Part shown: piece by piece, positions 7,587 to 16,949 of the stretch
Layout: the number at the start of each line of letters is the position of its first letter
Position numbering within the stretch: position 1 is the first letter of the stretch
Assembly (NCBI GenBank): GCA_022826245.1
Contig: JAJDVG010000028.1
Coordinates: 8,489-72,488 of the forward strand
Direction: 5' to 3'
DNA from: Gammaproteobacteria bacterium
GTDB taxonomy: Bacteria; Pseudomonadota; Gammaproteobacteria; Steroidobacterales; Rariloculaceae
DNA length: 64,000 nt
Translations under genes and position numbers: made by a program
The notes under the pieces: model-generated
The model's input: the letters and a program-made list of their open reading frames with translations, nothing else
Databases searched by the model: none
What the model was told of the DNA's origin: nothing

Positions 7587-9788
7587 ATGACCAGACACAC
7601 ATCCAGGCCGGCGGCGTTCGCCTTCGCTGCCGCACTCACAATTCCTTGCGCACTGCCTGTTGCAGCGCAAACAACACAGACAGCCGACGACGAGAATGTC
7701 GTGGAGGAGGTTTTCGTCGTAGGCACGCGCCGCGCGTATCGCGGAAATTTCGACGATCTCGAAAAACCAACGGCGGACCAGACCATTGACGAAGCCCTGC
7801 TGCGCGAGGTCGGGGCGATAAACCTCAATCAGGCGCTGGATTTATCGGCATCCGTTGCACGCCAGAACAACTTTGGCGGATTGTGGAACAGCTTTTCGAT
7901 TCGCGGCTTCTACGGAGACATCAATCTGCCCAGCGGATTTCTGGTTAACGGATTCAATGCAGGCCGCGGGTTCGCCGGCCCGCGGGATCTGGTCGGCATC
8001 GAGTCGGTGGAAGTGCTCAAGGGGCCGCGCTCAGCGCTGTTCGGGCGCGGTGAACCCGGCGGCACGGTCAATCTTGTGACCAAACGGCCGCAATTCGAGA
8101 CCCTGGGGGACTTCCGCGCCACCTTCGGGAGCTGGAGCCAAATGCGTTTCGAAGGGGATGTCCAAACCACGGCAGGAAGCAATGACCAGGTCGGACTGCG
8201 CATCGTGGGATTCCACGAGGATGCGGAGAGCTTCAGGGATACCGTCGAGACAGCGCGTTTTGGCCTTTATCCGTCGATCACCTGGGAAATTTCCGACGCA
8301 AGCAGTGTGACTTACGAATTGGAGTACACACAGCAGGAGATTCCCTTCGATCGCGGTGTTGCCTATTCGGAAGACTACGGTTTCACGCCGCGTGAAACTT
8401 TCGCCGGCGAGCCCGGCGACGGGCCCATCGAGACCGAGGTGCTCGGTCATCAACTCGAAGTCCAGCACAACTTCTCCGATAACTGGAGTCTGCTTGCCGG
8501 TCTTGGGTATAGAGATACGTCTTTTGAAGGCAACGCATCCGAAACAAACTTCGGCGGACGCCAGACATACTTCCTGGATGGTCGAACCCTGTCGCGATTT
8601 TTCCGTTATCGGAACTTCGAGTCGGACTATTTCGTAGCCCGAGCGGAAGTTGCGGGTGAGTTCAATTCAGGCTCGCTTCGCCACAGACTGCTCGTGGGCG
8701 CCGACTATGACCGCTTCGACCTGAGTTGGTTTATCCAGCGCTACCGGCCAAGGTGGTTTCCGGGGACGACGGATATCAATACTCTCGACCCGGCAGCATA
8801 TCTTTTTCTGGACGTGTTCAATCCGGTCTATGGCCAGTTCCCGCAACCGGTGCCCGGGCCAAACACGAACCGGGATGAGCGCCTGGATGGATTCGGCTTC
8901 TACATACAGGACCAGATCGACATCACGGATCGGTTTCAGGTTCGCCTTGGCTTGCGCTGGGATGACTTCGAGCAGGACTTGACCAACCTTCGCGCGACGC
9001 CCGCAACGACGATTACGACATCGGACGATCGAGTCTCACCGCAGCTTGGCGCGGTTTACTCGGTCAACGACGGTTTCAGCCTGTACGCTTCCTACGGCGA
9101 AGGCTTCCGCCAACAGGCAGGGTCCGACTATCAAGGCCGGCAATTCAATCCCAACCTCACCGAGTCTGCAGAGATCGGACTGAAACTGGACATGGCGCAG
9201 TTCTCCCAAGGGGTCTCCGGCTCGCTCACGTTTGCGCTATTCCAGGTCGACCAAAGCAACATTCTGGTGAACGACGATCGGCCGGAGGCCGTAGCGCTGG
9301 GGTGGTTTTCTCATGATGCAGGCGAAGCACGCAGCCGAGGGTTTGAAATTGACGCGGACCTTGCCTTCGAGAACGGCGCCAATCTGTGGTTATCCTACGC
9401 GTACGCCGACGCGGTATTCACCACGAGCAATCTCGAAGCCGACTGGGGCGTGCTCATTGAAGCCGGCGACCCACTCATCAACTCGCCGGAACACCAGGCG
9501 AATGTGCAATTCAGCCAGAGTTTCGAGCTGGGAGGCATGCCGGCGCAGGTCGGCGCGGGCGTTCAATATACCGGCGATCGGCTCGGGTTTACCGCTTTTG
9601 ACTTCTACTTGCCCAGCTATACCACCGCACGCTTGTTTGGCCAGATTCGGCCCAGCGAGCGCTTCATAATTCGCCTTGACATGGACAACGCATTTGACGA
9701 GGTGTACTACACGAATTCGTATGCGGACGTCTGGGTCGAACCGGGCGCGCCGCGCCGTTACCGCCTCACGGCGTCCTATTCGTTCTAG
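7587..9788 (+). CDS. TonB-dependent siderophore/metal receptor
   Basis: Signal peptide, TonB box EEVFVVG, plug FSIRGF..VEVLKGPRSALFGRGEPGGTVN, C-terminal Phe (ASYSF). Confidence 0.92.
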   Translation: MTRHTSRPAAFAFAAALTIPCALPVAAQTTQTADDENVVEEVFVVGTRRAYRGNFDDLEKPTADQTIDEALLREVGAINLNQALDLSASVARQNNFGGLWNSFSIRGFYGDINLPSGFLVNGFNAGRGFAGPRDLVGIESVEVLKGPRSALFGRGEPGGTVNLVTKRPQFETLGDFRATFGSWSQMRFEGDVQTTAGSNDQVGLRIVGFHEDAESFRDTVETARFGLYPSITWEISDASSVTYELEYTQQEIPFDRGVAYSEDYGFTPRETFAGEPGDGPIETEVLGHQLEVQHNFSDNWSLLAGLGYRDTSFEGNASETNFGGRQTYFLDGRTLSRFFRYRNFESDYFVARAEVAGEFNSGSLRHRLLVGADYDRFDLSWFIQRYRPRWFPGTTDINTLDPAAYLFLDVFNPVYGQFPQPVPGPNTNRDERLDGFGFYIQDQIDITDRFQVRLGLRWDDFEQDLTNLRATPATTITTSDDRVSPQLGAVYSVNDGFSLYASYGEGFRQQAGSDYQGRQFNPNLTESAEIGLKLDMAQFSQGVSGSLTFALFQVDQSNILVNDDRPEAVALGWFSHDAGEARSRGFEIDADLAFENGANLWLSYAYADAVFTTSNLEADWGVLIEAGDPLINSPEHQANVQFSQSFELGGMPAQVGAGVQYTGDRLGFTAFDFYLPSYTTARLFGQIRPSERFIIRLDMDNAFDEVYYTNSYADVWVEPGAPRRYRLTASYSF

Positions 9789-9923
9789 CCGCCCTGAGTT
9801 GAGTCCATTCGCGAACTTTCGCGTCCTGCAAGCATCGTGAGAAGCGCAACAAGCCGTGGCTGAGTTACTTCTGAATGCCGATGCCGGCAGACACGCGAGA
9901 CCACCCTTGACTCGGGAGTTCAA

Positions 9924-10646
9924 ATGATGCCCGTACTATCCGCTCAGGCGCTCAGCGTCGTACGCTCCGGCCAGGAAGTGCTGAAGGACGTCTCCTTCAG
10001 CATCGCGCAAGGCGAAGTTCATGCCTTGCTGGGGGGCAATGGCGCCGGCAAGTCAACGACCTTGCTTACCTTTCTCGGATTCCTCCAGCCGGCTTCGGGA
10101 AGTGTGCATGTGCAGGGCCGCGACGTGAACGAGAATCTGAGCGCGGCCCGGCAGGCCATCGCCTTCCTGCCCGAGGCGGCCACCCTGTATGGGCACTTGT
10201 CGGCCTATGAAAATCTCCGCTATTTCCTTTCGCTGGCGGGGACGGACACCGGCCGGGACGAACTCGATGCCGCCCTGGACCGTGTAGCCTTGCAGCCCGA
10301 AGCCCGGGACATGCGGATGCAAACCTACTCCAAGGGCATGCGTCAAAAGGTGGCGATCGCCCTGGCCATCCTGCGGGATACGCCTATCCTGCTGTTGGAC
10401 GAGCCGACATCGGGTCTCGATCCCGTGGCGATCGACGAGTTCAATCGGCTGGCCCGGGATCTGGCCGAGGCCGGCCGGACCATTCTCCTGGTCACTCACG
10501 ATGTCTACGGCGCCTGCCACGTGGCGGACCGCATCGACCTGTTACAGAAAGGCGTACTCGTCGGCGCCTTCGACCGACCACCCGGTATGGACCGAATCGA
10601 CACCGAGGCAGTGCATGCCGCCTTCGCCAGGCAAGCGGGAGCATGA
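9924..10646 (+). CDS. ABC transporter ATP-binding protein
   Basis: Walker A GGNGAGKST, signature YSKGMRQ, Walker B LLLDEP, H-loop VTHD. Confidence 0.95.
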   Translation: MMPVLSAQALSVVRSGQEVLKDVSFSIAQGEVHALLGGNGAGKSTTLLTFLGFLQPASGSVHVQGRDVNENLSAARQAIAFLPEAATLYGHLSAYENLRYFLSLAGTDTGRDELDAALDRVALQPEARDMRMQTYSKGMRQKVAIALAILRDTPILLLDEPTSGLDPVAIDEFNRLARDLAEAGRTILLVTHDVYGACHVADRIDLLQKGVLVGAFDRPPGMDRIDTEAVHAAFARQAGA

Positions 10647-12085
10647 CCATGAACAGAATATTCGCGATAGCACGAGAAGAGTCGCGGCTGTGGCTGAGAT
10701 CACGGCTGGCGCTTTACACGTTTCTGATCTTTGCCGCGTTGCTGACGGCCACCAGCATCGCCACCTCACTCAGGATGAGCGAGGAATATCGGGAACGCTC
10801 CGAACAGCAGGCACTGGCGGAAGAAACTTTTCTGTCCCAGCCGGATCGCCATCCACACAGAATGGTGCACTACGGGCATTACGTTTTTCGCACGCCCCCG
10901 CCGCTCGCGACGATCGATCCCGGTGTCGACGCGGTCACCGGGCAATCGATATTTCTGGAAGGCCACCGGCAAAACACGGCGATGTTCGCCGATGCCAGGG
11001 CGAGCGCCGACCTCGGCGGCTTCGAGGGGCTGACCGCGGCCCTGGTGTATCAATTGTTCGCGCCCCTGCTGCTGATCGCCCTCGGCCATGGCCTGATCAT
11101 TCGCGAGCGCGAAGAGAACACGCTGGCGCCGTTGCTGGCCCAGGGCGTGACGGGAAGTGAATTGTACGCGGGCAAATGGTTTGCCCTGGCGGGAGTTGCG
11201 CTGGCGCTGCTGTTGCCGCTGGCCGTCGTGTCGGGGGCGGCTGTCGCCGGAGGCGGGTCGCTGCCGGCAAGCGCGGGAATCATCGGCCTCTATGCGCTCT
11301 ATCTGCTTGTCTGGTGCGGTCTGATCCTGCTGGTATCGGCCCTGGTCCGGTCGCGCGCGCTTTCCCTCGGCGTTCTGGCGCTGTTCTGGCTCGGCGCCGC
11401 CCTGATCGTCCCGCGCATCGCCGTCGAATCCGCCAGCACGATCATGCCCATTCCGGGGAAGCTGGAGACCGACCTGCGCATGCAGGAAGAACTGCGCGTA
11501 GTCGGCGATGGCCACTACGCTGGCGCGCCGCAATATCTGCAGCTTCAGGCAAATCTTCTGGCGCAATACGATGTCGAACGTGTGGAAGACCTGCCGGTCA
11601 ATTTCCGCGGCGTCGTCGCGGAGGTTGCCGAAGCCGATCTGGCGGAAGTGATGAACAGATATGCCGAGGAGCGCATGGCGCTCGAAGCGCGTCAGGCCCG
11701 GTTCGCCGAGTACTTCGGCTGGCTTTCGCCGGTCGTTGCGGTTTCGGCGGGCTCCCGCGCGCTGGCGGGAACCGACCTCGCGACTCACCATCGATTTCTG
11801 CGCGAAGCCGAGGAAGTGCGCTTCGATTTCGTGCAGGGCATTAATCGTGTCCATGTCGAGCAACTCGCCTATAGCGTTGACATGAATCGCGGCATCGATG
11901 CCGAATCCGAACGGCGTGCCCGCACGTCGGCCGAAAACTGGAACGTGCTCGATGAATTTTCCTTCCGGCCCGCCGCGGCCGGCGAACGCCTGACTCGCGC
12001 CGGCGCGGCCCTGGCCATGCTTTTCGCCTGGTTCGCGTTGCTGACGGCCGGCGGCGTCCACGCCGCGCGCAAGATGCAGCCATGA
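10643..12085 (+). CDS. ABC-2-type permease, DUF3526 family
   Basis: Multiple TM segments, PDRHPHRMVHYGHY motif, REREENTL motif; ATGA coupling. Confidence 0.85.
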   Translation: MTMNRIFAIAREESRLWLRSRLALYTFLIFAALLTATSIATSLRMSEEYRERSEQQALAEETFLSQPDRHPHRMVHYGHYVFRTPPPLATIDPGVDAVTGQSIFLEGHRQNTAMFADARASADLGGFEGLTAALVYQLFAPLLLIALGHGLIIREREENTLAPLLAQGVTGSELYAGKWFALAGVALALLLPLAVVSGAAVAGGGSLPASAGIIGLYALYLLVWCGLILLVSALVRSRALSLGVLALFWLGAALIVPRIAVESASTIMPIPGKLETDLRMQEELRVVGDGHYAGAPQYLQLQANLLAQYDVERVEDLPVNFRGVVAEVAEADLAEVMNRYAEERMALEARQARFAEYFGWLSPVVAVSAGSRALAGTDLATHHRFLREAEEVRFDFVQGINRVHVEQLAYSVDMNRGIDAESERRARTSAENWNVLDEFSFRPAAAGERLTRAGAALAMLFAWFALLTAGGVHAARKMQP

Positions 12086-13332
12086 CCGGGCTGATCCGGG
12101 AAATCCGCTTTCTTTCGAGTGACCGGGCGGCCTTGCTATGGCTCGGTATCGCGGTGCTCGTCGCTGCCCTGTCGGTGGTTTTGGGGCTGCGCGAAATCGC
12201 CTCGCAGCGCACGGTCCTGAACGAATTGATCGAAATCGATCGCGTCGAACGGGAAGTGGTGACGGGACTGTACCGGGACTGGGGCAATGCGGCCTATTAC
12301 ACTTTCCACCTGACCTACGATTCGCCGTCGGATTTCGCAGTCGCCGCACTCGGCCAACGCGATACCTCTCCCTGGAAGCACAATATCCGCGCACTCGCAG
12401 TGGAAGGGCAGATTTACGAGACTGACGCGGAAAATCCCGACTTTGCCCTGATCGGCCGTTTCGACTTCGCGTTCGCCGCGAATCTGCTCGCCCCGCTATT
12501 GCTGATTCTGTTGTTGCACGATCTGCGCTCCTCCGAGCGCACCGCAGGTCGCTATGAATTGCTCAGCGCGACAGCGGCAGTCCACGGCAGCCCCTGGTTC
12601 GCGCGGGCGGTCTTGCGGGTTGGAGCACTGATGCTCTGCCTGATCGTTCCACTCTGGGCCGGCGGTTTGCTTGCCGGAACGGGCGTTTCGGACATGGCGC
12701 TTGCAAGCCTGATCGTGGCCTTGCACATCGGATTCTGGTGGGGAGTTTGCGCAATTGTCGATCGTGTCGCCTGGAGCAGCCCTGTCAACCTGACCGTGCT
12801 GATCGGCGCCTGGCTGGCCCTCGCCGTAATCGTCCCGGCGGCTGTCAAGCTCTCGGTGGATGCCGCCGTACCGTTGCCGGATGGAGGCGACATCCTCCTT
12901 ACCCAAAGAGAGGCGGTCAACGACGCCTGGGATCTGCCCAAGTCCGCGACGATGGAGCCGTTTATAGAGCGCCATCCCGAATGGGCGGATTACACGGAAG
13001 TCAGTCAGCCTTTCGAATGGAAGTGGTATTACGCTTTCCAGCAGGTCGGCGACCAGACCGTCGAGCCACTGTCACTGGCTTATCGGGAAGGCCGTATCCG
13101 ACGCGACCGCCTTGCGGGAATGTACGCCTGGCTATCTCCGCCCGCGCTCGCCGAACGAGCCCTGCAAGCTATCGCAGGTACGAATCTGGCGGCCTCGCTG
13201 GCCTATGAACAACAGGTGCGCGACTTTCACGCCGCTCTCAGGACCTACTACTATCCCAGGCTGTTTCGCGACGAGGCTTTTTCCGATGCGAGCATCGGGC
13301 AGCGGCCTGAATTCCGCGCGGCGGGTAAATGA
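12082..13332 (+). CDS. ABC-2-type permease, DUF3526 family
   Basis: DWGNAAYYTFHLT, QREAVNDAWDLPK, FEWKWYYAFQQVGD motifs; ATGA coupling. Confidence 0.85.
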   Translation: MTGLIREIRFLSSDRAALLWLGIAVLVAALSVVLGLREIASQRTVLNELIEIDRVEREVVTGLYRDWGNAAYYTFHLTYDSPSDFAVAALGQRDTSPWKHNIRALAVEGQIYETDAENPDFALIGRFDFAFAANLLAPLLLILLLHDLRSSERTAGRYELLSATAAVHGSPWFARAVLRVGALMLCLIVPLWAGGLLAGTGVSDMALASLIVALHIGFWWGVCAIVDRVAWSSPVNLTVLIGAWLALAVIVPAAVKLSVDAAVPLPDGGDILLTQREAVNDAWDLPKSATMEPFIERHPEWADYTEVSQPFEWKWYYAFQQVGDQTVEPLSLAYREGRIRRDRLAGMYAWLSPPALAERALQAIAGTNLAASLAYEQQVRDFHAALRTYYYPRLFRDEAFSDASIGQRPEFRAAGK

Positions 13333-13360
13333 TCCGCCGTCTTCGGCGAGGCGTTTCGCC
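13331..13360 (-). repeat. 30-bp double-hairpin dispersed repeat, copy 1
   Basis: Minus strand GGCGAAACGCCTCGCCGAAGACGGCGGATC; 28/30 identical to copy 2. Confidence 0.85.
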
Positions 13361-13368
13361 TAATCGCC

Positions 13369-13396
13369 CGGCGGGATTCGTGGAATCCAGCCCGCC
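13369..13396. terminator. Imperfect GC-rich hairpin after the glmS stop
   Basis: GGCGGGATTC-GTG-GAATCCAGCCCGCC between convergent genes; no U-tract. Confidence 0.4.
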
Positions 13397-15228
13397 TACT
13401 CCACCGTTACGGACTTCGCGAGGTTCCTCGGCTGATCGACGTCCGTCCCCTTGACCACTCCCACGTGGTAGGCCAGTAGCTGCAAGGGCACCGTGTAGAC
13501 GATCGGCGCGATCAGGCGGTCCGCGTAGGGCATCTCGATGACCGTAACGCCGGGTTCGCGCTCGAGCCCCGAATCGCGGCCGGCGAAGACGTAGAGCTGG
13601 CCGCCTCGGGCGTGCACGACTTTCATGTTGGACTTGAGCTTGTCGAGCAGCTCGTTGTTCGGCGCGACGACGACGACCGGCATTTCCTCGTCGACGAGCG
13701 CGAGCGGGCCGTGCTTGAGTTCTCCTGCCGCGTAGGCCTCAGCGTGAATGTAGGAGATCTCCTTGAGCTTGAGCGCGCCTTCCATGGCGACCGGCCACAT
13801 CGGGCCGCGGCCGAGAAACAGCGCGTGCTGCTTCTCGGCGAAACTCTCGGCGAGATCCTCGAGCTTGCCGTTCATGGCGAGCGCCTTTTCGACCGCTCCC
13901 GCGGCGCGATAGAGATGCGTCACGAGTTCCGCCTCGCGCTCTTCGGGCATGCCGCGCTGGCGCGCGAGCATGAGCGTGACGAGCAATAGCGAGATGAGCT
14001 GGGTCGTGAAGGCCTTCGTGCTCGCAACGCCGATTTCCGGGCCCGCCTGAGTCATCATGACGAGATCGGACTTGCGCACCATCGAGCTTTGCGGGCTGTT
14101 GCAGATCGTGAGCACGCCGATGTAGTCGGCCTGCCGCGCCATGCGCAGAGCCTCGAGGGTGTCGGCCGTCTCGCCCGACTGCGAAATCGCGACGAACAGC
14201 GTGCCCTCGGAGACGACGATATCCCGGTAGCGGTATTCGCTCGCGATCTCGACCTGGCAGGGCAACCCCGCCAGCGATTCGATCCAGTACTTGGCCACGC
14301 GGCCCGCATGATAGGCCGTACCGCAGGCGACGATGTGCAGATTGCGGACCTGTTCGAACAGCTCCACCGCGCGCGGACCGAGCGAGTCTGTCACCACGCG
14401 GTCGTCGGCGACGCGTCCGTACAGCGTGTCGGCGATCGCACGCGGCTGCTCGAAGATCTCCTTGAGCATGTAATGGCGGTAGGGTTCCTTGTCGACGGAA
14501 TCGGAACTCCATTGGGATTCGTGGACGGGCCGCTCGACCGCCTCGCCGGCGGAATCGAAGATGCGCACGGCATCGCGCCCGATTTCCGCAAGATCGCCCT
14601 GCTCCAGGTGGATGAAACGCCGCGTCACGGGCAGCAGCGCCGGCACTCCGCTGGCAATGAAGTTCTCGCCGAGGCCGAGGCCGATCACTAGCGGGCTTGC
14701 GATGCGGGTCGCGACGATGCGGTCGGGGTTCTCGGCGTCGATGACGGCGAGCGCGTAGGCGCCGACGAAACGCTTCGCCGCCAGGCGCACGGCCTCGAGC
14801 AGGTCGTGTCCCTGCTCGAGGTGTTCGCGGATCAGGTGGGCCGCGACCTCGGTGTCGGTCTCGGAACTGAATTCGTAGCCGAGCGAGACGAGCTCCTGCC
14901 GGATTTCCTCGTGGTTCTCGATGATGCCGTTGTGGATGACGGCCACCCGTCCGCCGGACAGGTGGGGGTGCGCATTGGCTTCGGTGACGCCGCCGTGGGT
15001 TGCCCAACGGGTGTGGGCGACACCGAGGCGGCCCCCGAGCGGCGCCCGGTCGAGCTTCTCGTCGAGCGCCGCGATCTTGCCGACCGCGCGCCGCAGATCA
15101 AGATCGTTCTTGCCGGCGGCGACCGCAATGCCGGCCGAGTCGTAGCCGCGGTATTCGAGCCGCCGCAATCCTTCGACGAGTATCGGAACGACGTTACGTT
15201 CCGCTATGGCGCCGACTATCCCGCACAT
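13396..15228 (-). CDS. glmS: Glutamine--fructose-6-phosphate aminotransferase
   Basis: MCGIVG N-terminal nucleophile, AHTRWATHG, C-terminal DQPRNLAKSVTVE. Confidence 0.99.
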   Translation of the reverse strand: MCGIVGAIAERNVVPILVEGLRRLEYRGYDSAGIAVAAGKNDLDLRRAVGKIAALDEKLDRAPLGGRLGVAHTRWATHGGVTEANAHPHLSGGRVAVIHNGIIENHEEIRQELVSLGYEFSSETDTEVAAHLIREHLEQGHDLLEAVRLAAKRFVGAYALAVIDAENPDRIVATRIASPLVIGLGLGENFIASGVPALLPVTRRFIHLEQGDLAEIGRDAVRIFDSAGEAVERPVHESQWSSDSVDKEPYRHYMLKEIFEQPRAIADTLYGRVADDRVVTDSLGPRAVELFEQVRNLHIVACGTAYHAGRVAKYWIESLAGLPCQVEIASEYRYRDIVVSEGTLFVAISQSGETADTLEALRMARQADYIGVLTICNSPQSSMVRKSDLVMMTQAGPEIGVASTKAFTTQLISLLLVTLMLARQRGMPEEREAELVTHLYRAAGAVEKALAMNGKLEDLAESFAEKQHALFLGRGPMWPVAMEGALKLKEISYIHAEAYAAGELKHGPLALVDEEMPVVVVAPNNELLDKLKSNMKVVHARGGQLYVFAGRDSGLEREPGVTVIEMPYADRLIAPIVYTVPLQLLAYHVGVVKGTDVDQPRNLAKSVTVE

Positions 15229-15348
15229 CGCCTGTCAGTCCTCTCGATACGTCCCGCTCAAGGCACGCCGTTCAGGGCTTGAGCGTTCAACCTTGAACGC
15301 CATGGTCTGAACGTTCCGCATCTCTCGCTCGATCTCCCCGCGCCGAGC

Positions 15349-16725
15349 TTACCGCGGCTTCCTCGCGGGCCTCTGCCAGCCGCGGACCTCCGCCTGCCGG
15401 GACCGCGCCACCGTAAGCTTGTCCGGCGGGGCGTCCTTGCTGATCGTCGAGCCCGCGCCGATCGTTGCGCCCGCGCCGACCTCGACCGGGGCGATGAGCA
15501 TGACGCCGGAACCGATGAACGCGCCGTCGCCGATCGTCGTGCGGTGCTTCGCCGCGCCGTCGTAGTTGCAGGTGATCGTGCCCGCGCCGATGTTGACGTC
15601 CCGACCGACCGAGGCGTCGCCGACGTAGCTCAAGTGGCTGATCTTCGTGCCGCTGCCGATCCGGCTGTTCTTCACCTCGACGAAGTTGCCGACCTTGACG
15701 CGCTCGGCGAGCTCCGTGCCGGGTCTCAGACGCGCGAACGGGCCGAGTTCGCAGGCGGCTCCGGCCGTCACGCCGTCCATGACCGTGTTCGGGTGAACGA
15801 CCGTGTCCGGGCCGAGCCGGCTGGCGCGGATCGTGCAGTTCGGGCCGATGCGCACACCGCGCGCGAGGCTGACCTCGCCCTCGAACACCGCGCCGACATC
15901 GATGAAGACGTCGCCCTCGACGGTGAGCTCGCCGCGCACATCGACGCGGGCGGGATCGGCGAGCGTGGCGCCGGCCTCCATGAGTTCGCGAGCGCGCGCC
16001 CGCTGGTAACCGCGCTCCGCTTCGGCGAGCTGTGACTTGTCGTTGATGCCGAGTACCTCGTCCGGATCGTCCACCTCGACCGCCGCGACACGGGCGCCTT
16101 CGGCGACCGCCGGCGCGACGACATCCGGCAGATAGTACTCCCCTTGCGCGTTGTCGTTGCTCAAACCGGCGATCCAGCGGCGCAGGTCGCGGGCGCTCGC
16201 GACCATGACACCGGCATTGGTTTCGCGGATGCGGCGTTCCTCTTCCGTCGCGTCGGCATGCTCGACGATGCCCGAAACGCCGCCGTCGGCAGCCCGCAGG
16301 ATGCGCCCGTAACCGGCCGGATCAGGCAGCGTTGCGGTCAGCAGTACGAGGTCTGCGGATTCCGCCTTTTCCGCCGTGTCACAGAGCCTGCGCAGCGTCT
16401 CGGCGCCGATCAGCGGCACGTCGCCGAAGAGCACGAGCACACGATGCTCGTCGGGTATCCCGGGCAGAGCCTGGGCGACCGCATGCGCCGTGCCGTGCTG
16501 CTCGGCCTGCAGGCGCCAGCCGAGATCCTCGTCCGGGAAGGCTTCGCGCACTTCCTCCGCGCCATGCCCGTGGACGATCCGGACAGCCGCCGGCTCAAGC
16601 TCCCGCGCGCTGTCGAGCACATGCGCAAGGAGCGGGCGGCCGGCGAGCGGATGCAGGACCTTGGGCAGGTCCGAGCCCATGCGCTTGCCCTGGCCCGCGG
16701 CCAGGATGACGACGGTAACCGGCAC
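15349..16725 (-). CDS. glmU: Bifunctional UDP-GlcNAc pyrophosphorylase/acetyltransferase
   Basis: VVILAAGQGKRM..PKVLH, hexapeptide repeats, GTITCNYDG; GTG start inferred. Confidence 0.98.
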   Translation of the reverse strand: MPVTVVILAAGQGKRMGSDLPKVLHPLAGRPLLAHVLDSARELEPAAVRIVHGHGAEEVREAFPDEDLGWRLQAEQHGTAHAVAQALPGIPDEHRVLVLFGDVPLIGAETLRRLCDTAEKAESADLVLLTATLPDPAGYGRILRAADGGVSGIVEHADATEEERRIRETNAGVMVASARDLRRWIAGLSNDNAQGEYYLPDVVAPAVAEGARVAAVEVDDPDEVLGINDKSQLAEAERGYQRARARELMEAGATLADPARVDVRGELTVEGDVFIDVGAVFEGEVSLARGVRIGPNCTIRASRLGPDTVVHPNTVMDGVTAGAACELGPFARLRPGTELAERVKVGNFVEVKNSRIGSGTKISHLSYVGDASVGRDVNIGAGTITCNYDGAAKHRTTIGDGAFIGSGVMLIAPVEVGAGATIGAGSTISKDAPPDKLTVARSRQAEVRGWQRPARKPR

Positions 16726-16896
16726 GTTCGGGGTCCCTCGACTGAAACGGCCAACGATGATACTTGCTGCGCGGCCCGCGGACCCGCCGACGTGAACGCC
16801 CGCGTGAGGGACAGCGCGTGGCGCCGCGGCCGGTGAGGCGCCGGGCGCTGCCCGGGAGCCCGGGCCGCAGGAATTCACGGCTGCAGATTCGCTGTG

Positions 16897-16926
16897 GGCG
16901 AAACGCCTGGCCGAAGACGGCCGATC
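16897..16926 (+). repeat. 30-bp double-hairpin dispersed repeat, copy 2
   Basis: GGCGAAACGCCTGGCCGAAGACGGCCGATC in the atpC-glmU spacer. Confidence 0.85.
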
Positions 16927-16949
16927 GCGACTTCCAGCGGCGCAGGCTT

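Larger units (their letters stand above)
5384..13454. mobile_element. Putative ~8 kb genomic island at the glmS 3' end (no mobility gene visible)
   Basis: Bounded by direct repeats of the glmS 3' end; cargo on the opposite strand to glmS and, over 7.1-13.3 kb, visibly less GC-rich than the atp/glm backbone. Confidence 0.55.

Noticed and set aside
13333-13395. Tn7 insertion at attTn7
   Set aside because: No TGT...ACA ends, 5-bp duplication or tns genes seen downstream of glmS.
16897-16926. 30-bp repeat as a hammerhead ribozyme (GAAA and CCGAAGA) or CRISPR repeat
   Set aside because: Only 7 nt separate the two motifs, too few for stems I and III; the copies are kilobases apart with no spacers or cas genes.
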